Virus record (IMG/VR): IMGVR_UViG_3300025684_000010
Direction: 5' to 3' (one strand)
Origin: a virus
Length of the DNA: 64,000 nucleotides
The notes below the pieces were generated by a model that saw only the letters and a program-made list of their open reading frames with translations, was not told the origin of the DNA and did no database searches. The translations under genes were made by a program, and so were the position numbers. Below are positions 8,193 through 18,449 of the stretch, piece by piece. How positions within the stretch are numbered: the first letter of the stretch is position 1; every line of letters starts with the position of its first letter.

Positions 8193-8404
8193 AATTTATC
8201 CCTTAGTTCCATAAATCCACCAATTGCTTCACCATCCATAGTAATCTGTGGAAAGGTTCTTGCAGTTGGAAACTTTTCAAAAAATTCATCTTGTTTGTAA
8301 TCAACATCCAAGGATTTGTATACGAAGTCCAATCCTTTGGACTCACAAAGTTGCTTTGCCATATTACAGTATCCGCAATTTGGTTTTCCGTATATTTCTA
8401 TCAT
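8189..8404 (-). CDS. nrdC: Glutaredoxin
   Basis: CGYC active site, TFPQI, IGGF. Confidence 0.9.
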   Translation of the reverse strand: MIEIYGKPNCGYCNMAKQLCESKGLDFVYKSLDVDYKQDEFFEKFPTARTFPQITMDGEAIGGFMELRDKL

Positions 8405-8688
8405 ACTAGTTTTAAACCACCAGAACCAGGCATGATTAGTCCAGTTGTGGCTTCAATTACTTGCGCTTTCAACTCGTCCATTGGCTCTGCCAAGAACATA
8501 ACTGAATTTTCGTTTATCACGATTGGTTCACGAGTAGCATAAGGAACGAATGGCACCATTCCAATTTTACCTTCACCAGCTGGGACTAAAAGAATACCAT
8601 CCGTCAAGGTATAGAATCCTTTATCATATTTTACTTTTGCCACAACTTCTTCACCAGTTGTAAGCCTTACGATTTGTACATCACTCAT
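8401..8688 (-). CDS. Conserved T4-like hypothetical protein (beta-rich, Sm-like)
   Basis: VQIVRLTTGEEVVAKV pattern of small proteins found near gp43 in marine T4-likes. Confidence 0.5.
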   Translation of the reverse strand: MSDVQIVRLTTGEEVVAKVKYDKGFYTLTDGILLVPAGEGKIGMVPFVPYATREPIVINENSVMFLAEPMDELKAQVIEATTGLIMPGSGGLKLV

Positions 8689-8719
8689 AATTTTTCCTCA
8701 TTAATTTGTTATTGTGTAT

Positions 8720-8748
8720 ATTATAACACAGTTTGATATAAATGTCAA
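8720..8748 (-). promoter_or_regulatory. Sigma70-consensus early promoter
   Basis: TTGACA-N17-TATAAT. Confidence 0.8.
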
Positions 8749-8753
8749 TAGTC

Positions 8754-11312
8754 TTAACTAAAAAAGTCATCGAGAGTATTAACCTTCTCCGCTGACCATC
8801 CAACCGCATCAAGGATTGACTGTATGGGACTCAAGAATACTTTGTCAAACTGAAGTTCAGTATCAACGTAATCGTGTAGTCCAAGTTGTTTTGGCAATAA
8901 GCCAGGAACCGATATTGCGTTCTCACGAATAGGATTAGGTACCTTTAAATATAATAACTTGACTTTGTCTCCACCTTGGATAGTTTCAAACTTCTTGTCA
9001 AGTCCTTTCTCTTTAAGGAAGTGGTTATACATTAAGGATCCACGAACATGCATTGGAGTACCTTTTCTGTATATAGATCCTTTGTCTTGGTACTTCTTAA
9101 GTTCATTAACACCCGAGGTCTTTGCGATGGCCATAGGATCTAATGTACGAAACAGTTCTTTGAAATCTTTAATGAAACCTTGAGTTGTTTCTTCATCAGT
9201 ATTCATAATGATCTCAAAACATTGCTTGAGTTTATCACGACAGATCTCAGGAGTCGAAGATCTTACTGATTCTAATCCTGTTACCGATACCTTAGGAGTA
9301 TCGTAGTGAACGCCTTCTGAGTTCAATGTATTTAGAATATATCGTTTCTTAGCAACAAAGATTGCTCGGTTAGTAATCTTTTCACGTTTCATTACCATTG
9401 CGTTACGATATGTACCTAGATCAGCAGCAAGCTTTTCATAACCATCTTCGATGACTTGTTCAATTTTAGTTGAACAGATTCTATCAAGGAACTCTTCACC
9501 TTTATCTTTATCAATATCAGTCGTACCAAACACTTCTTTAATCAGAGGACCGAAGTCAACATAGATAGAGTCGGTATCAATATAGATGATATAGTCATGG
9601 TCAGTTGTACCTAGAGTTCTATTTAAATAATCATTAACCGACTTTTCAGCATAACGAATACCTAACTGACCGCTTGTTGTAATTGCCTCGGCCATTTCAT
9701 TAATATAGTATAAGAAATATTTGTTAGCAGTAGCACCATACAAACTGTTCATGGCAATCTTAATTGACATTTGTGAATTGTGTAATTGATTGATCTCACG
9801 CTTTAGGCGTTTGAGTTCTCTTGGATCTGTCTCAACCTCAAACTGTTGTTCAGCAAGGATCATCTGCTTTTTGATAACAGAACGGTTATTATAGTATTCA
9901 TCAATAATTTCAGGAATGATTCCTTGCTTCTTATTTGAAAAACAAACACCGTTAGCAGCCACTGATACATTAGGACGATCATTCTTATATTCACGATTCA
10001 GTACCATGTCTTGAGTCACGTATTCACGATCATTGGGCATATAGGTTTCTGGTGACATGTTATATTGTAACATTAAGTGAGGGTATAGAGAGTTAAGGTC
10101 AAAAGATACAACCCAAGGATGCATTCCAACTTTAGGATCTTTAACATAACCACCAACAAGATCACCAGCAACCATTCCTGGTCCACCTTTAAGTGGAGGA
10201 ACAATTTTATCTTTCATTAGTTTACGATATATGGTTGATTCCCATATACCAACTGTACCAAACGCATCACCGTAGTTAACACCACCGTCATATGCAACTG
10301 TCATAACCAACGCAAGCAATCCTGTCTCTTCTTCGAGACGAGCAATCAGTTGAGTATCTTTTAAATTATAGTCAAGATACAATTGAGGATTCTCTTCCCA
10401 TAATCCAGTTAACGAACCATATTCAGAGTAATCAATTTTCTTTTCACCAAGGACAGCGTAAGCAATATGATCTAACTTATACGATTCTTGAGGACCGTAC
10501 TTATAACCAAACTTTTTAAAGCAATCCATATAATCGAGAACAACAACACCCATAATACGATATGTTGATGCAACCTTACCAAAGATCTCTCGAGAGGTTT
10601 GTTTTAATGATTTGTGTGGAGATAAACGCTTTGTGGTTTCTTCTCCAAGTAACGCGGTGATACGAGTTACGATGTATTGAATATCAAAGTATTCAACGTT
10701 CCAACCAGTTACAACATCAGGATAATCAGTTGTCCATAGTTTCATAAAGTATTGAAGTAAAGCACGTTCACCATCAATACCATCAAACAATACGAACTCA
10801 ATCTTATCTTGAGGAATATCAGTAACAGTTTTAGTCTTGTCATAATCTTTGCGACCAAGTACATAATATACATCATCTCGAGAACTATGATAAGCAATAG
10901 ACGTAATCGGTTTATCGGCAGTGTCCATATTTGGATAACCATCACTGATGTCAACCTCAATATCAAACGATACGATATTGACCTGGCTTACGTCATATGT
11001 AATCTTACCAGGATACTCTTCTTGAATAAACTGAGTTACATAATTTGTTGAACCAAACGTCTTCATACCGTGAACACCTTTGTATTCTTCGATGAAGTTC
11101 TTTGCTTCTCGCATATCACCAAACTTGTGTGGAGATACAGGTAAGTTACCTTCTAACGAATGGAAACCTTCTGCACCAGACTTTGGAGTATGAATGTATA
11201 GAGTAGGCTGAAATGGAACGCGGTACGAGAAACGTTTACCATTTTCGTAACCTCGATGTAAAATATTGTTTCCGTATCTTTCAACGGATGTATAGAATTT
11301 AGTCAATGCCAT
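8754..11312 (-). CDS. 43: Family B DNA polymerase (gp43)
   Basis: Exo I FDIE, GWNVEYFD, SFDLNSLYP, KIAMNSLYG, YIDTDSIY; C-terminal PIP-like TLDDFF. Confidence 0.97.
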   Translation of the reverse strand: MALTKFYTSVERYGNNILHRGYENGKRFSYRVPFQPTLYIHTPKSGAEGFHSLEGNLPVSPHKFGDMREAKNFIEEYKGVHGMKTFGSTNYVTQFIQEEYPGKITYDVSQVNIVSFDIEVDISDGYPNMDTADKPITSIAYHSSRDDVYYVLGRKDYDKTKTVTDIPQDKIEFVLFDGIDGERALLQYFMKLWTTDYPDVVTGWNVEYFDIQYIVTRITALLGEETTKRLSPHKSLKQTSREIFGKVASTYRIMGVVVLDYMDCFKKFGYKYGPQESYKLDHIAYAVLGEKKIDYSEYGSLTGLWEENPQLYLDYNLKDTQLIARLEEETGLLALVMTVAYDGGVNYGDAFGTVGIWESTIYRKLMKDKIVPPLKGGPGMVAGDLVGGYVKDPKVGMHPWVVSFDLNSLYPHLMLQYNMSPETYMPNDREYVTQDMVLNREYKNDRPNVSVAANGVCFSNKKQGIIPEIIDEYYNNRSVIKKQMILAEQQFEVETDPRELKRLKREINQLHNSQMSIKIAMNSLYGATANKYFLYYINEMAEAITTSGQLGIRYAEKSVNDYLNRTLGTTDHDYIIYIDTDSIYVDFGPLIKEVFGTTDIDKDKGEEFLDRICSTKIEQVIEDGYEKLAADLGTYRNAMVMKREKITNRAIFVAKKRYILNTLNSEGVHYDTPKVSVTGLESVRSSTPEICRDKLKQCFEIIMNTDEETTQGFIKDFKELFRTLDPMAIAKTSGVNELKKYQDKGSIYRKGTPMHVRGSLMYNHFLKEKGLDKKFETIQGGDKVKLLYLKVPNPIRENAISVPGLLPKQLGLHDYVDTELQFDKVFLSPIQSILDAVGWSAEKVNTLDDFFS

Positions 11313-11337
11313 AATGCCTTTTTATATTTGAACAACC

Positions 11338-11366
11338 ATTATATACTAGTTGACGGAGAATGTCAA
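11338..11366 (-). promoter_or_regulatory. Sigma70-consensus promoter of gene 43
   Basis: TTGACA-N17-TATAAT. Confidence 0.8.
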
Positions 11367-11369
11367 TGG

Positions 11370-13082
11370 TTATTGTACTAACTCCGAGAAGTTCTTGATT
11401 TTCTCAAACTTGAGGTTGTTCTCAAACTTTTCAGCGAACTGATCACCACGATGCGATATCACAAAGATGTTGTCATCGTTATTCAATCCATGTAGTGTTT
11501 CAATCAAACTTTCAATACCAACTCCATCCAATGCACCATCGAGTGTTTCGTCAAGTATCAATAGGTTAGTTGAAACGGAGGATCTCAGTTTAGCAACTGA
11601 TCTCCAAGCCAACATGATTGATAGTGTGATACGTAGTTTCTCACCTTCGGAAAAACTAGCATAGGTGAACTTGTCTCTGAACCTTGAACGTATTACTTCA
11701 TTAAACTCTTCGTCAAGTTGAAAGTCAACGAACAGATCAAACGCAGCAAGATACTTGTTGATAAGTTTATTAATTACAGGAATGTACTGAGAAATAATCT
11801 TTGCCTTGATACCACCGTCTCTCAATATCAATTGAACAATATTGAGTACCTCATGTTCATCAAGAAGTTCAGTACGACTTGCAGTTAGCTTATCTATTCT
11901 CTTTTGTAGATTCTCAAGTTTAGAAGTATCAATTTCAGCAACTTCCTTTTGAGCATTATCAAGTTCCTTTTTATAACTCATTAGAGCATTCTTGGACATT
12001 TTGATTTCAGCTCGGATCTCAGAGATCTTAAAGTTAACTGATTGAATCTGTTCTTCGATTTTTGAGATAGAACCTAAACGAGTCTGATGTTTTGTAAGTA
12101 CGTCTGCTATTTCAACAAGACCTTTCTCAATCTTAGCCTTCTGTTGATTCTTATCTATAATTTGTTCTTGTTTAAAGTCGTGGGCAATACCCTGCTTACA
12201 TGTTGGGCAATCATCATTGTGTTCGTAGAACGATAGTTCCTTTTCAAACGCAACACGAGATCTTTCAAGTTCAGCTCTCTTTTCGGTTGCATCAGAGAAC
12301 TTTTTCTTTTCTTCAGGTTTATCAGAGATATCGTCGTAGAGTACTTTTATAATCTCATCTTGAGAATCAATAGTACTATTCTTAGTTTCTATATCATCGA
12401 TATGACCACTCATCTTTTCTTTGATCTTATCAACTTCAATAGATTTTAGATTACGTATTGCTTCATCGCTTTCTTCTTGAGATACGATTTTGCTCTCAAC
12501 CATTTCTATTTCGTATTTGTTTTCGTTAATATCAGTCTTGATACTTGACATACGTTCTTTTGCCAATGTACCCATAACAGAGAATACTTGAATATCCAAT
12601 AGGTCTTCGATAATCTCTCGACGTTGATATGCTCTCAATTCCATAAAAGGAATATAAGTAGCAGAACCAAGTACTACGATTTGATTGAATGCTTTAAAGT
12701 TGATACCTAGAATATCGTCTTCGAGGAATCCTTGATAGTCTCGAATAGATGCATCTTTATTAATCATTGCACCATTCTTCCATATCTCAAAGAGATTAGG
12801 TTTGATACCACGAAGGATTTTGTACTTATCACCACCTGCTGTAAAGTATAATTCTATAATGAGTTCTTTATTATTAATAGAGTTAACAAGCTGTGCTTTG
12901 TTGATATTACGAAAAGGTCGGCCGTATAGACCAAATACAATTGCATCAAGCAATGTACTTTTACCTGAACCATTTGATCCTGCGATCAATGTACTAGGAA
13001 CTTGATTTAGTTCAACTGTTGTAAATACGTTTCCTGTCGATAGTATGTTTTTATATTTAACCTTCTCAAAGTTAATTCTCAT
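11370..13082 (-). CDS. 46: Recombination endonuclease ATPase subunit (Rad50-like)
   Basis: Walker A GSNGSGKS, CPTC zinc hook, FSEGEK signature, LILDE, ISH. Confidence 0.95.
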   Translation of the reverse strand: MRINFEKVKYKNILSTGNVFTTVELNQVPSTLIAGSNGSGKSTLLDAIVFGLYGRPFRNINKAQLVNSINNKELIIELYFTAGGDKYKILRGIKPNLFEIWKNGAMINKDASIRDYQGFLEDDILGINFKAFNQIVVLGSATYIPFMELRAYQRREIIEDLLDIQVFSVMGTLAKERMSSIKTDINENKYEIEMVESKIVSQEESDEAIRNLKSIEVDKIKEKMSGHIDDIETKNSTIDSQDEIIKVLYDDISDKPEEKKKFSDATEKRAELERSRVAFEKELSFYEHNDDCPTCKQGIAHDFKQEQIIDKNQQKAKIEKGLVEIADVLTKHQTRLGSISKIEEQIQSVNFKISEIRAEIKMSKNALMSYKKELDNAQKEVAEIDTSKLENLQKRIDKLTASRTELLDEHEVLNIVQLILRDGGIKAKIISQYIPVINKLINKYLAAFDLFVDFQLDEEFNEVIRSRFRDKFTYASFSEGEKLRITLSIMLAWRSVAKLRSSVSTNLLILDETLDGALDGVGIESLIETLHGLNNDDNIFVISHRGDQFAEKFENNLKFEKIKNFSELVQ

Positions 13083-14140
13083 AAACTAAGTGCCTCATGA
13101 TATAAATCATCCAATACAGTTTTTACTTTAACCTTATCAATTGTAGTCTCAAGACCATCAATGTATTGTGATAATATTTCTGTCGTATCTTTTGTTTCGT
13201 CAAGTATCTCATCAACACCTGCTGCGTCTAAATTTAAATGGTCATCAACGGCTCTAACATCTACCGCACCACATTCAGACATACGACCCATAAACATATC
13301 ATAAAGATATGCGTTAGTTCTATTCTGTACGATTACCTTAACGAACTTGTCTCGATATTGTTCTACATCGTAATTCGCAACATCATCAACAGTCCAACCC
13401 TCATCGTCATAGAATACTTTATAGAATACACGATTAGGATTCTCAATCTTAACCATCTCTCTCGTTTCAGTATCAAATACATGAAAGCCTCGACTACCTT
13501 TATAATCAGACCATGTCATTTCATAAGGTGATCCAAGGTATTCAACATTACCATATCTTGAAGGATGGTGGAAATGACCAGAGAACGCAGATTCAAAATT
13601 CTTAAACACGTTCATATCAATACCATGGGTACACAATGCACCTTTCATCATCTCGAAACCTTGCACTTCAAGATGTCCCATCAATATATTAGCATTAGAA
13701 TTCTTTACGATTTCTAGATTCTTTTCGCCGTTCTCTTTATTCAACCAAGGTAGCATAAGGAATTTAGTTGAACCAATTTCCAATTCTACTCCGTCGTCTT
13801 GATATAAAGTAAACTGCGGATACTCTTTGGTCAATAGATTCATACTATTGATTTCGTTAGTACTCGCATAGTAAGTATCATGATTACCAACAAGCGCGTG
13901 GAAATCTATGTTACGTTTTGCTAAATTGTCAAAGAAGAATGATTTACCTGCCGATAGTGACGCATAATTAATATACTTACGACGGTCGAATGTATCCCCA
14001 AGATCAAACACGGTTGTGATACCATGTTCATCAATATATGGAAAGAATAATTCTTCGAAAAACTTTCTTTGAACTTCGTGGAATACTTTGCTATCTCCAC
14101 GGACACCGATGTGAATATCGGTAACGATCGCGATCTTCAT
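13079..14140 (-). CDS. 47: Recombination endonuclease nuclease subunit (Mre11-like)
   Basis: TDIHIG, LGDTFD, GNHD and SGHFH metallophosphoesterase motifs. Confidence 0.95.
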   Translation of the reverse strand: MKIAIVTDIHIGVRGDSKVFHEVQRKFFEELFFPYIDEHGITTVFDLGDTFDRRKYINYASLSAGKSFFFDNLAKRNIDFHALVGNHDTYYASTNEINSMNLLTKEYPQFTLYQDDGVELEIGSTKFLMLPWLNKENGEKNLEIVKNSNANILMGHLEVQGFEMMKGALCTHGIDMNVFKNFESAFSGHFHHPSRYGNVEYLGSPYEMTWSDYKGSRGFHVFDTETREMVKIENPNRVFYKVFYDDEGWTVDDVANYDVEQYRDKFVKVIVQNRTNAYLYDMFMGRMSECGAVDVRAVDDHLNLDAAGVDEILDETKDTTEILSQYIDGLETTIDKVKVKTVLDDLYHEALSL

Positions 14141-14141
14141 A

Positions 14142-14720
14142 TTACTCCTGGGTGGCAGATTTTTCTTGTTCGGCTTTTGCGTTGTCTATTGCTGCTTGGG
14201 CGCGTGCGATATAAGCTGTCATTTGGTTTCTTTGCTTTGTAATTTTTTTCTTCTTCTTTAATGCTCTATCCCATTTGAGTTGAGATACTTTCTGAGAAAA
14301 TACAACTCCATGTAGGTGGTCAAATTCATGTAAGAAACATCTTGCGGTATAACCTTCAAAGTTTCCGGTTTGTGGATTACCATCTTCATCATACCACGAA
14401 GCTTCAACGGATGTTGGTCGATGCATTTTGAGAAACACATCAGGGTAGGTAAGACATCCTTCAAAGTCAAGTTCTGTTTCTTCCGAGACAGATAGGACTT
14501 TAGGATTAACGAACATCATTGTATTCTCTTTGTCTTCACCGATAATAAACACTTTATAATCAATACCAACTTGAGAAGCAGATAACCCTAGACCTCTTTT
14601 GGAGACCATCAGCTCTACCATATCTTCCTTGGTTTGCTTTAAATCAATCTGTGGATTTTTGATGTCAACATCTTGTAATTCTTTAAATAGAATTGGATCC
14701 TTTGTAGATACTAATTTCAT
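14142..14720 (-). CDS. def: Peptide deformylase
   Basis: GLGLSASQVG, EGCLT and HEFDH motifs. Confidence 0.93.
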   Translation of the reverse strand: MKLVSTKDPILFKELQDVDIKNPQIDLKQTKEDMVELMVSKRGLGLSASQVGIDYKVFIIGEDKENTMMFVNPKVLSVSEETELDFEGCLTYPDVFLKMHRPTSVEASWYDEDGNPQTGNFEGYTARCFLHEFDHLHGVVFSQKVSQLKWDRALKKKKKITKQRNQMTAYIARAQAAIDNAKAEQEKSATQE

Positions 14721-15106
14721 AATTTACCTTCTTCTCTCAATGATTGTCTAATTTCACTTGACATAATATAATCTTTAGACGGTTTCATATCATAGTTAGA
14801 TATTCCATTACCAAGTCCGTTGAGGGACCCAACAATATTTGGAGTACATACTATAACATAATGCTGTCCATCATAGAAGCCTTCTCTTTCTAGTGCTATC
14901 GTTATAGAATTGATAACATCTATCTCACCGAATGGAGCGTCTTCTCCTTCCGATTTATATACTTCTTTGACTATTATAACAACTTGTCCTGTGAATGTCA
15001 AGGCCTTTTTAAATAAATTTGTATGACCTGCATGCCAGGGTTGCCATTTACCTACAATTTGAATAGAAGGTTTCTTCCAATCAAATGGGTTATCATAATC
15101 TAACAT
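14717..15106 (-). CDS. HxGH nucleotidyltransferase (cytidylyltransferase-like)
   Basis: GKWQPWHAGH and C-terminal SSEIRQ. Confidence 0.75.
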   Translation of the reverse strand: MLDYDNPFDWKKPSIQIVGKWQPWHAGHTNLFKKALTFTGQVVIIVKEVYKSEGEDAPFGEIDVINSITIALEREGFYDGQHYVIVCTPNIVGSLNGLGNGISNYDMKPSKDYIMSSEIRQSLREEGKL

Positions 15107-15111
15107 AACTT

Positions 15112-15645
15112 TTACTCAGCTGCGTTGTTCTTTTTTTCTTCTGCGTCAGCATCGTTCTTTACTTTTGCCGCTTTAAGCTTGCCTTCAAAATCATCAATGA
15201 ATTCATTAATGTAATCAGGTAATATATTAGCGGACACAGCTTCACCAGTAGAATCAAATACTTCATTCTCAAGCGTTTGTCTTTGTGATGCTTTAAATTT
15301 AATATACATCTGCTTCTTCTCTTTCGAGATTCTGCGTAGGAATGCATACCAAATGATTTGCGTAAAATAAGCAAATGGGTTTTGAGATTTCTCTGGATTA
15401 AAGTTATGTATATATTGTAGACAGTTCTCTATTCCGTCTGAGACCATTTCCTCTTTATACATGTATCCACTGAAATTTGGTCGTGTTGCTAATCGTTGGG
15501 CAATTAACATAATGCACTTGCCGATGTAATCAGGCACTTGTGGATTCTTCTCTCCACTTTCTTCTGCCTCGACGCACTTACTCTTATATTCGATTAATGC
15601 GGCAAGGAGATCTTTATTGTTTACGTAGTTCTTTTTCTTAGCCAT
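15112..15645 (-). CDS. 55: Late-transcription sigma factor gp55
   Basis: NYVNNKDL, RPNFSGYMYKEEMVSDGIENC, NPFAYFTQI. Confidence 0.95.
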   Translation of the reverse strand: MAKKKNYVNNKDLLAALIEYKSKCVEAEESGEKNPQVPDYIGKCIMLIAQRLATRPNFSGYMYKEEMVSDGIENCLQYIHNFNPEKSQNPFAYFTQIIWYAFLRRISKEKKQMYIKFKASQRQTLENEVFDSTGEAVSANILPDYINEFIDDFEGKLKAAKVKNDADAEEKKNNAAE

Positions 15646-15681
15646 TTCAAATACAAACTCCTTTGTTTAAATATTGTAGTT

Positions 15682-15710
15682 ATTATAATCTATTTACTCT
15701 TGCATGTCAA
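15682..15710 (-). promoter_or_regulatory. Sigma70-consensus promoter of gene 55
   Basis: TTGACA-N17-TATAAT. Confidence 0.8.
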
Positions 15711-15747
15711 TGGTTTAAATTTATTTTCACAAATATGAAAAAAACTA

Positions 15748-15776
15748 TTGACATTTACCAAAAGTCCTTGTATAAT
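15748..15776 (+). promoter_or_regulatory. Sigma70-consensus promoter pointing antisense into uvsW
   Basis: TTGACA-N17-TATAAT on the plus strand; only a 6-codon ORF follows before the uvsW stop. Confidence 0.65.
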
Positions 15777-15807
15777 AAGACTATCGGCTTTAAGGTATAT
15801 AGTATGA

Positions 15808-17301
15808 TTAGATATCAATTGTAAAGATCTTAAATGCAAACTCCTCTGAAGAGTAGATTTCGATTCTCGACTTAAAATGTTTTAATGTATAGTTTTCGTA
15901 ACTTCCCACCGACAAATCATCAGCGATATCATAGAGGACCGCTTTCTGCGAGTCCTCAGCTTTACGCAAACTTCTACCAATTGATTGTAATACTTTAATC
16001 TCAGATTTACTCGAAGAAGCAAAGATTACATTATCAAGTCGTTTAATATTAACACCAGTACTAAAGACTCCATAGGATGCGAGTATATCATGTTTCTTAT
16101 CAGGGTCGTTCTCAACCAAATGTCGAATGCGTTCACGTTCTTCTCCTTTCGTAGCACCGTAAATAAAATGTAGTTCACGTCCTTCTTTATGAAGCATAGG
16201 TTCAAGTATCTTGCCGTGTTTCTCAACCAAGTCAAATAGAATTAAGTTATTCTGATCTTTTAAAGAATGTACAAGGTTCTTAATAAAATTGTTTCTACCT
16301 GTATGATTCACTATGAATTCACGTTCAGCAGGCCACTTCTTAACAGATTCTTTTACCTGTCCCATTGCCTTTTTAAACGCAGCCTTCGCTTCGTTACTAT
16401 GATTCAATACAATAGCCTTTACTTCAAAATCAGCAACCGTACCTTCGTCCATTAATTTCTTTGTAGATACGATTCTTTTTACTTCTCCGAAACAACCTTC
16501 GAGTACTAATCTATGAGTTTTACTTTCAGCAGACTTTAGAGTACCAGTAAATCCATGACGGAATTCGCAATGTTCAAGTTTATGCATAATAGTTGTTAAT
16601 GACTTTGCTTGGAAGGTATGAGCTTCATCTCCCATCACACAACCAAATTGACCAAACCAATCCTTATCTTGTTTGACCAAAGATTGCCAAGTAGAGATTA
16701 CTATCGGTGCTTTCGTATTCTTATCAACACCACCTTGTATTTTATAGATAGAGTTCTCATCACAACCGTAATCAACAAAGTCACCAGCCATCTGATGTAC
16801 CAAAGATATCGTAGGAACAATAATCAATGTTCTTAAACCGAGTGCTTGATAGTAATGTTGTTGTATCAGGTAAATAATTAAAGACTTACCAGATGATGTC
16901 GGTGATAGAGATAAAGATCTACGGTTACGCAGAGCGTTATTGATGTACTCAATTTGATAGTCTCTTGGTTTAAACTTACAATTAATTTCTTCAGCCAACT
17001 CTTCAACGTAGCCATCTTCGATATTCTCCCGTTCTGCTATTGACGCTGGTGCCTCTAAAATATAATCTCTTTGTTCACAAAACTTTTTTAGATGCGGATA
17101 TAGACCAACATACAATACAGGACGCATTGCTTGAAACAACCGAATGGTTCCATCCCATACTCTTGCTTTGTATTTTGGACTGAACTGATAACCTTCTGGT
17201 TTAAACGCAAAGAAATCAGACAACTCTGTTTTTAATCCAGCATCCGCTTTAATGCGCATATATACTGAATCAATTAATTCTACTTCTATTCTTTCACTCA
17301 T
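15808..17301 (-). CDS. uvsW: UvsW SF2 helicase
   Basis: PTSSGKS, DEAH, TGT, GRSLRK, LYDIADD. Confidence 0.95.
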   Translation of the reverse strand: MSERIEVELIDSVYMRIKADAGLKTELSDFFAFKPEGYQFSPKYKARVWDGTIRLFQAMRPVLYVGLYPHLKKFCEQRDYILEAPASIAERENIEDGYVEELAEEINCKFKPRDYQIEYINNALRNRRSLSLSPTSSGKSLIIYLIQQHYYQALGLRTLIIVPTISLVHQMAGDFVDYGCDENSIYKIQGGVDKNTKAPIVISTWQSLVKQDKDWFGQFGCVMGDEAHTFQAKSLTTIMHKLEHCEFRHGFTGTLKSAESKTHRLVLEGCFGEVKRIVSTKKLMDEGTVADFEVKAIVLNHSNEAKAAFKKAMGQVKESVKKWPAEREFIVNHTGRNNFIKNLVHSLKDQNNLILFDLVEKHGKILEPMLHKEGRELHFIYGATKGEERERIRHLVENDPDKKHDILASYGVFSTGVNIKRLDNVIFASSSKSEIKVLQSIGRSLRKAEDSQKAVLYDIADDLSVGSYENYTLKHFKSRIEIYSSEEFAFKIFTIDI

Positions 17302-17765
17302 AATTGCTCTTTAAGCCATCCTGCTTCTTCTTTTCCACATTTAAATGCAAACCCTACAGATTGAAACATACCCTTTGGTACTTGTCTCCATAGGTCTTCG
17401 GGTTGTTTTGAATAATTTTCCTTAGATGTTGCTAATACACAACAATCACGTTCTAAAAAGAAATCCCAAAAATCAGTATATGTCCAATACTTCGAAAATA
17501 GAATCTCTGCTGTTTCTTTTCTTGAATAGATATGTGCACGATTGATTTTCTTTGGTCTTTTATATTCGTTCTCTTGAATACGTAATGCAGCTGCTTCAGT
17601 AATACCAATCACTGCCCAACCATGTTCTTTTAACATACCAGTTAATGCAAGTAACATACCTTGTTGAGTTCTTAATGGTATTCCTTTGATTTCCTGAATA
17701 GAACAAAAGCCATTATAAATGGTTCTTTTTAATTCTTCAGATATATCTGCTGCGTATGGATTCAT
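17298..17765 (-). CDS. Hypothetical protein
   Basis: ORF coupled to both neighbours; faint His-Me-finger-like RAH...ATSKEN. Confidence 0.5.
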   Translation of the reverse strand: MNPYAADISEELKRTIYNGFCSIQEIKGIPLRTQQGMLLALTGMLKEHGWAVIGITEAAALRIQENEYKRPKKINRAHIYSRKETAEILFSKYWTYTDFWDFFLERDCCVLATSKENYSKQPEDLWRQVPKGMFQSVGFAFKCGKEEAGWLKEQL

Positions 17766-17980
17766 AATTTAATTGCCAATAATAAAAGTATTGAGATTAA
17801 TAATATGTTAGTGAAAAAGATACCTATTGCTAATATTGTATGGTACCAAATCCATCTTGTCTTATATGCGTTTTCAATTGTTAGTTCTTCAGGGTCAACA
17901 TCGTCCTTCATCATGTCTATGACAAGAGTTTCTCGCTGTTGAACCTCAGGCTTGCTCCAAAACTTTGTGAACCAGTTCAT
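17762..17980 (-). CDS. Small membrane protein
   Basis: C-terminal hydrophobic helix. Confidence 0.55.
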   Translation of the reverse strand: MNWFTKFWSKPEVQQRETLVIDMMKDDVDPEELTIENAYKTRWIWYHTILAIGIFFTNILLISILLLLAIKL

Positions 17981-18418
17981 TTAGTAATCTCCAGACTGAA
18001 ACTTCAATATATCAATCATATTCTTAACAATGAAGTTTCTACTGTGTATTGTTTTAATAATATCTTCGAGGTAGTTTGCGTTTGCCGTATGGAAATCAAT
18101 CGTAAGACTTAATTTAATAACATCTTTGTCTGCTTGAATATGTTTATCCAAATCGTTTCTTATTACCTTTCTTTGAAACGGCTTCCATCCTTTTTCTCTC
18201 AGATCTTCTTCGGCCATAGAACCATCGTACCAATTACGTTTGTCCATTTCCAATTCTTTATATTCTGCCTTTAACTTTTTAACACGCAAGACTTCCCTAT
18301 AATAAAGATTATAGTACTTACTGTGTAACGATGGGATTCTTTTACTTTCACCTAGGAGGTTGGTTTCATCTATTGGCGAGTCAGCTGCCCATATTGCTGC
18401 TATATCATTCGTATCCAT
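17981..18418 (-). CDS. uvsY: UvsY recombination mediator
   Basis: IPSLHSKY, YLEDIIKTIHSRNFIVKNMID; position next to uvsW. Confidence 0.9.
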   Translation of the reverse strand: MDTNDIAAIWAADSPIDETNLLGESKRIPSLHSKYYNLYYREVLRVKKLKAEYKELEMDKRNWYDGSMAEEDLREKGWKPFQRKVIRNDLDKHIQADKDVIKLSLTIDFHTANANYLEDIIKTIHSRNFIVKNMIDILKFQSGDY

Positions 18419-18449
18419 AATCTATTCCATAAACTTTAAATTCATTACA

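Noticed and set aside
8754-11312. Intron or intein in gp43 (also checked nrdA, nrdB, thyX, gp41)
   Set aside because: The ORFs are continuous, of normal length, and show no intein or homing-endonuclease motifs.
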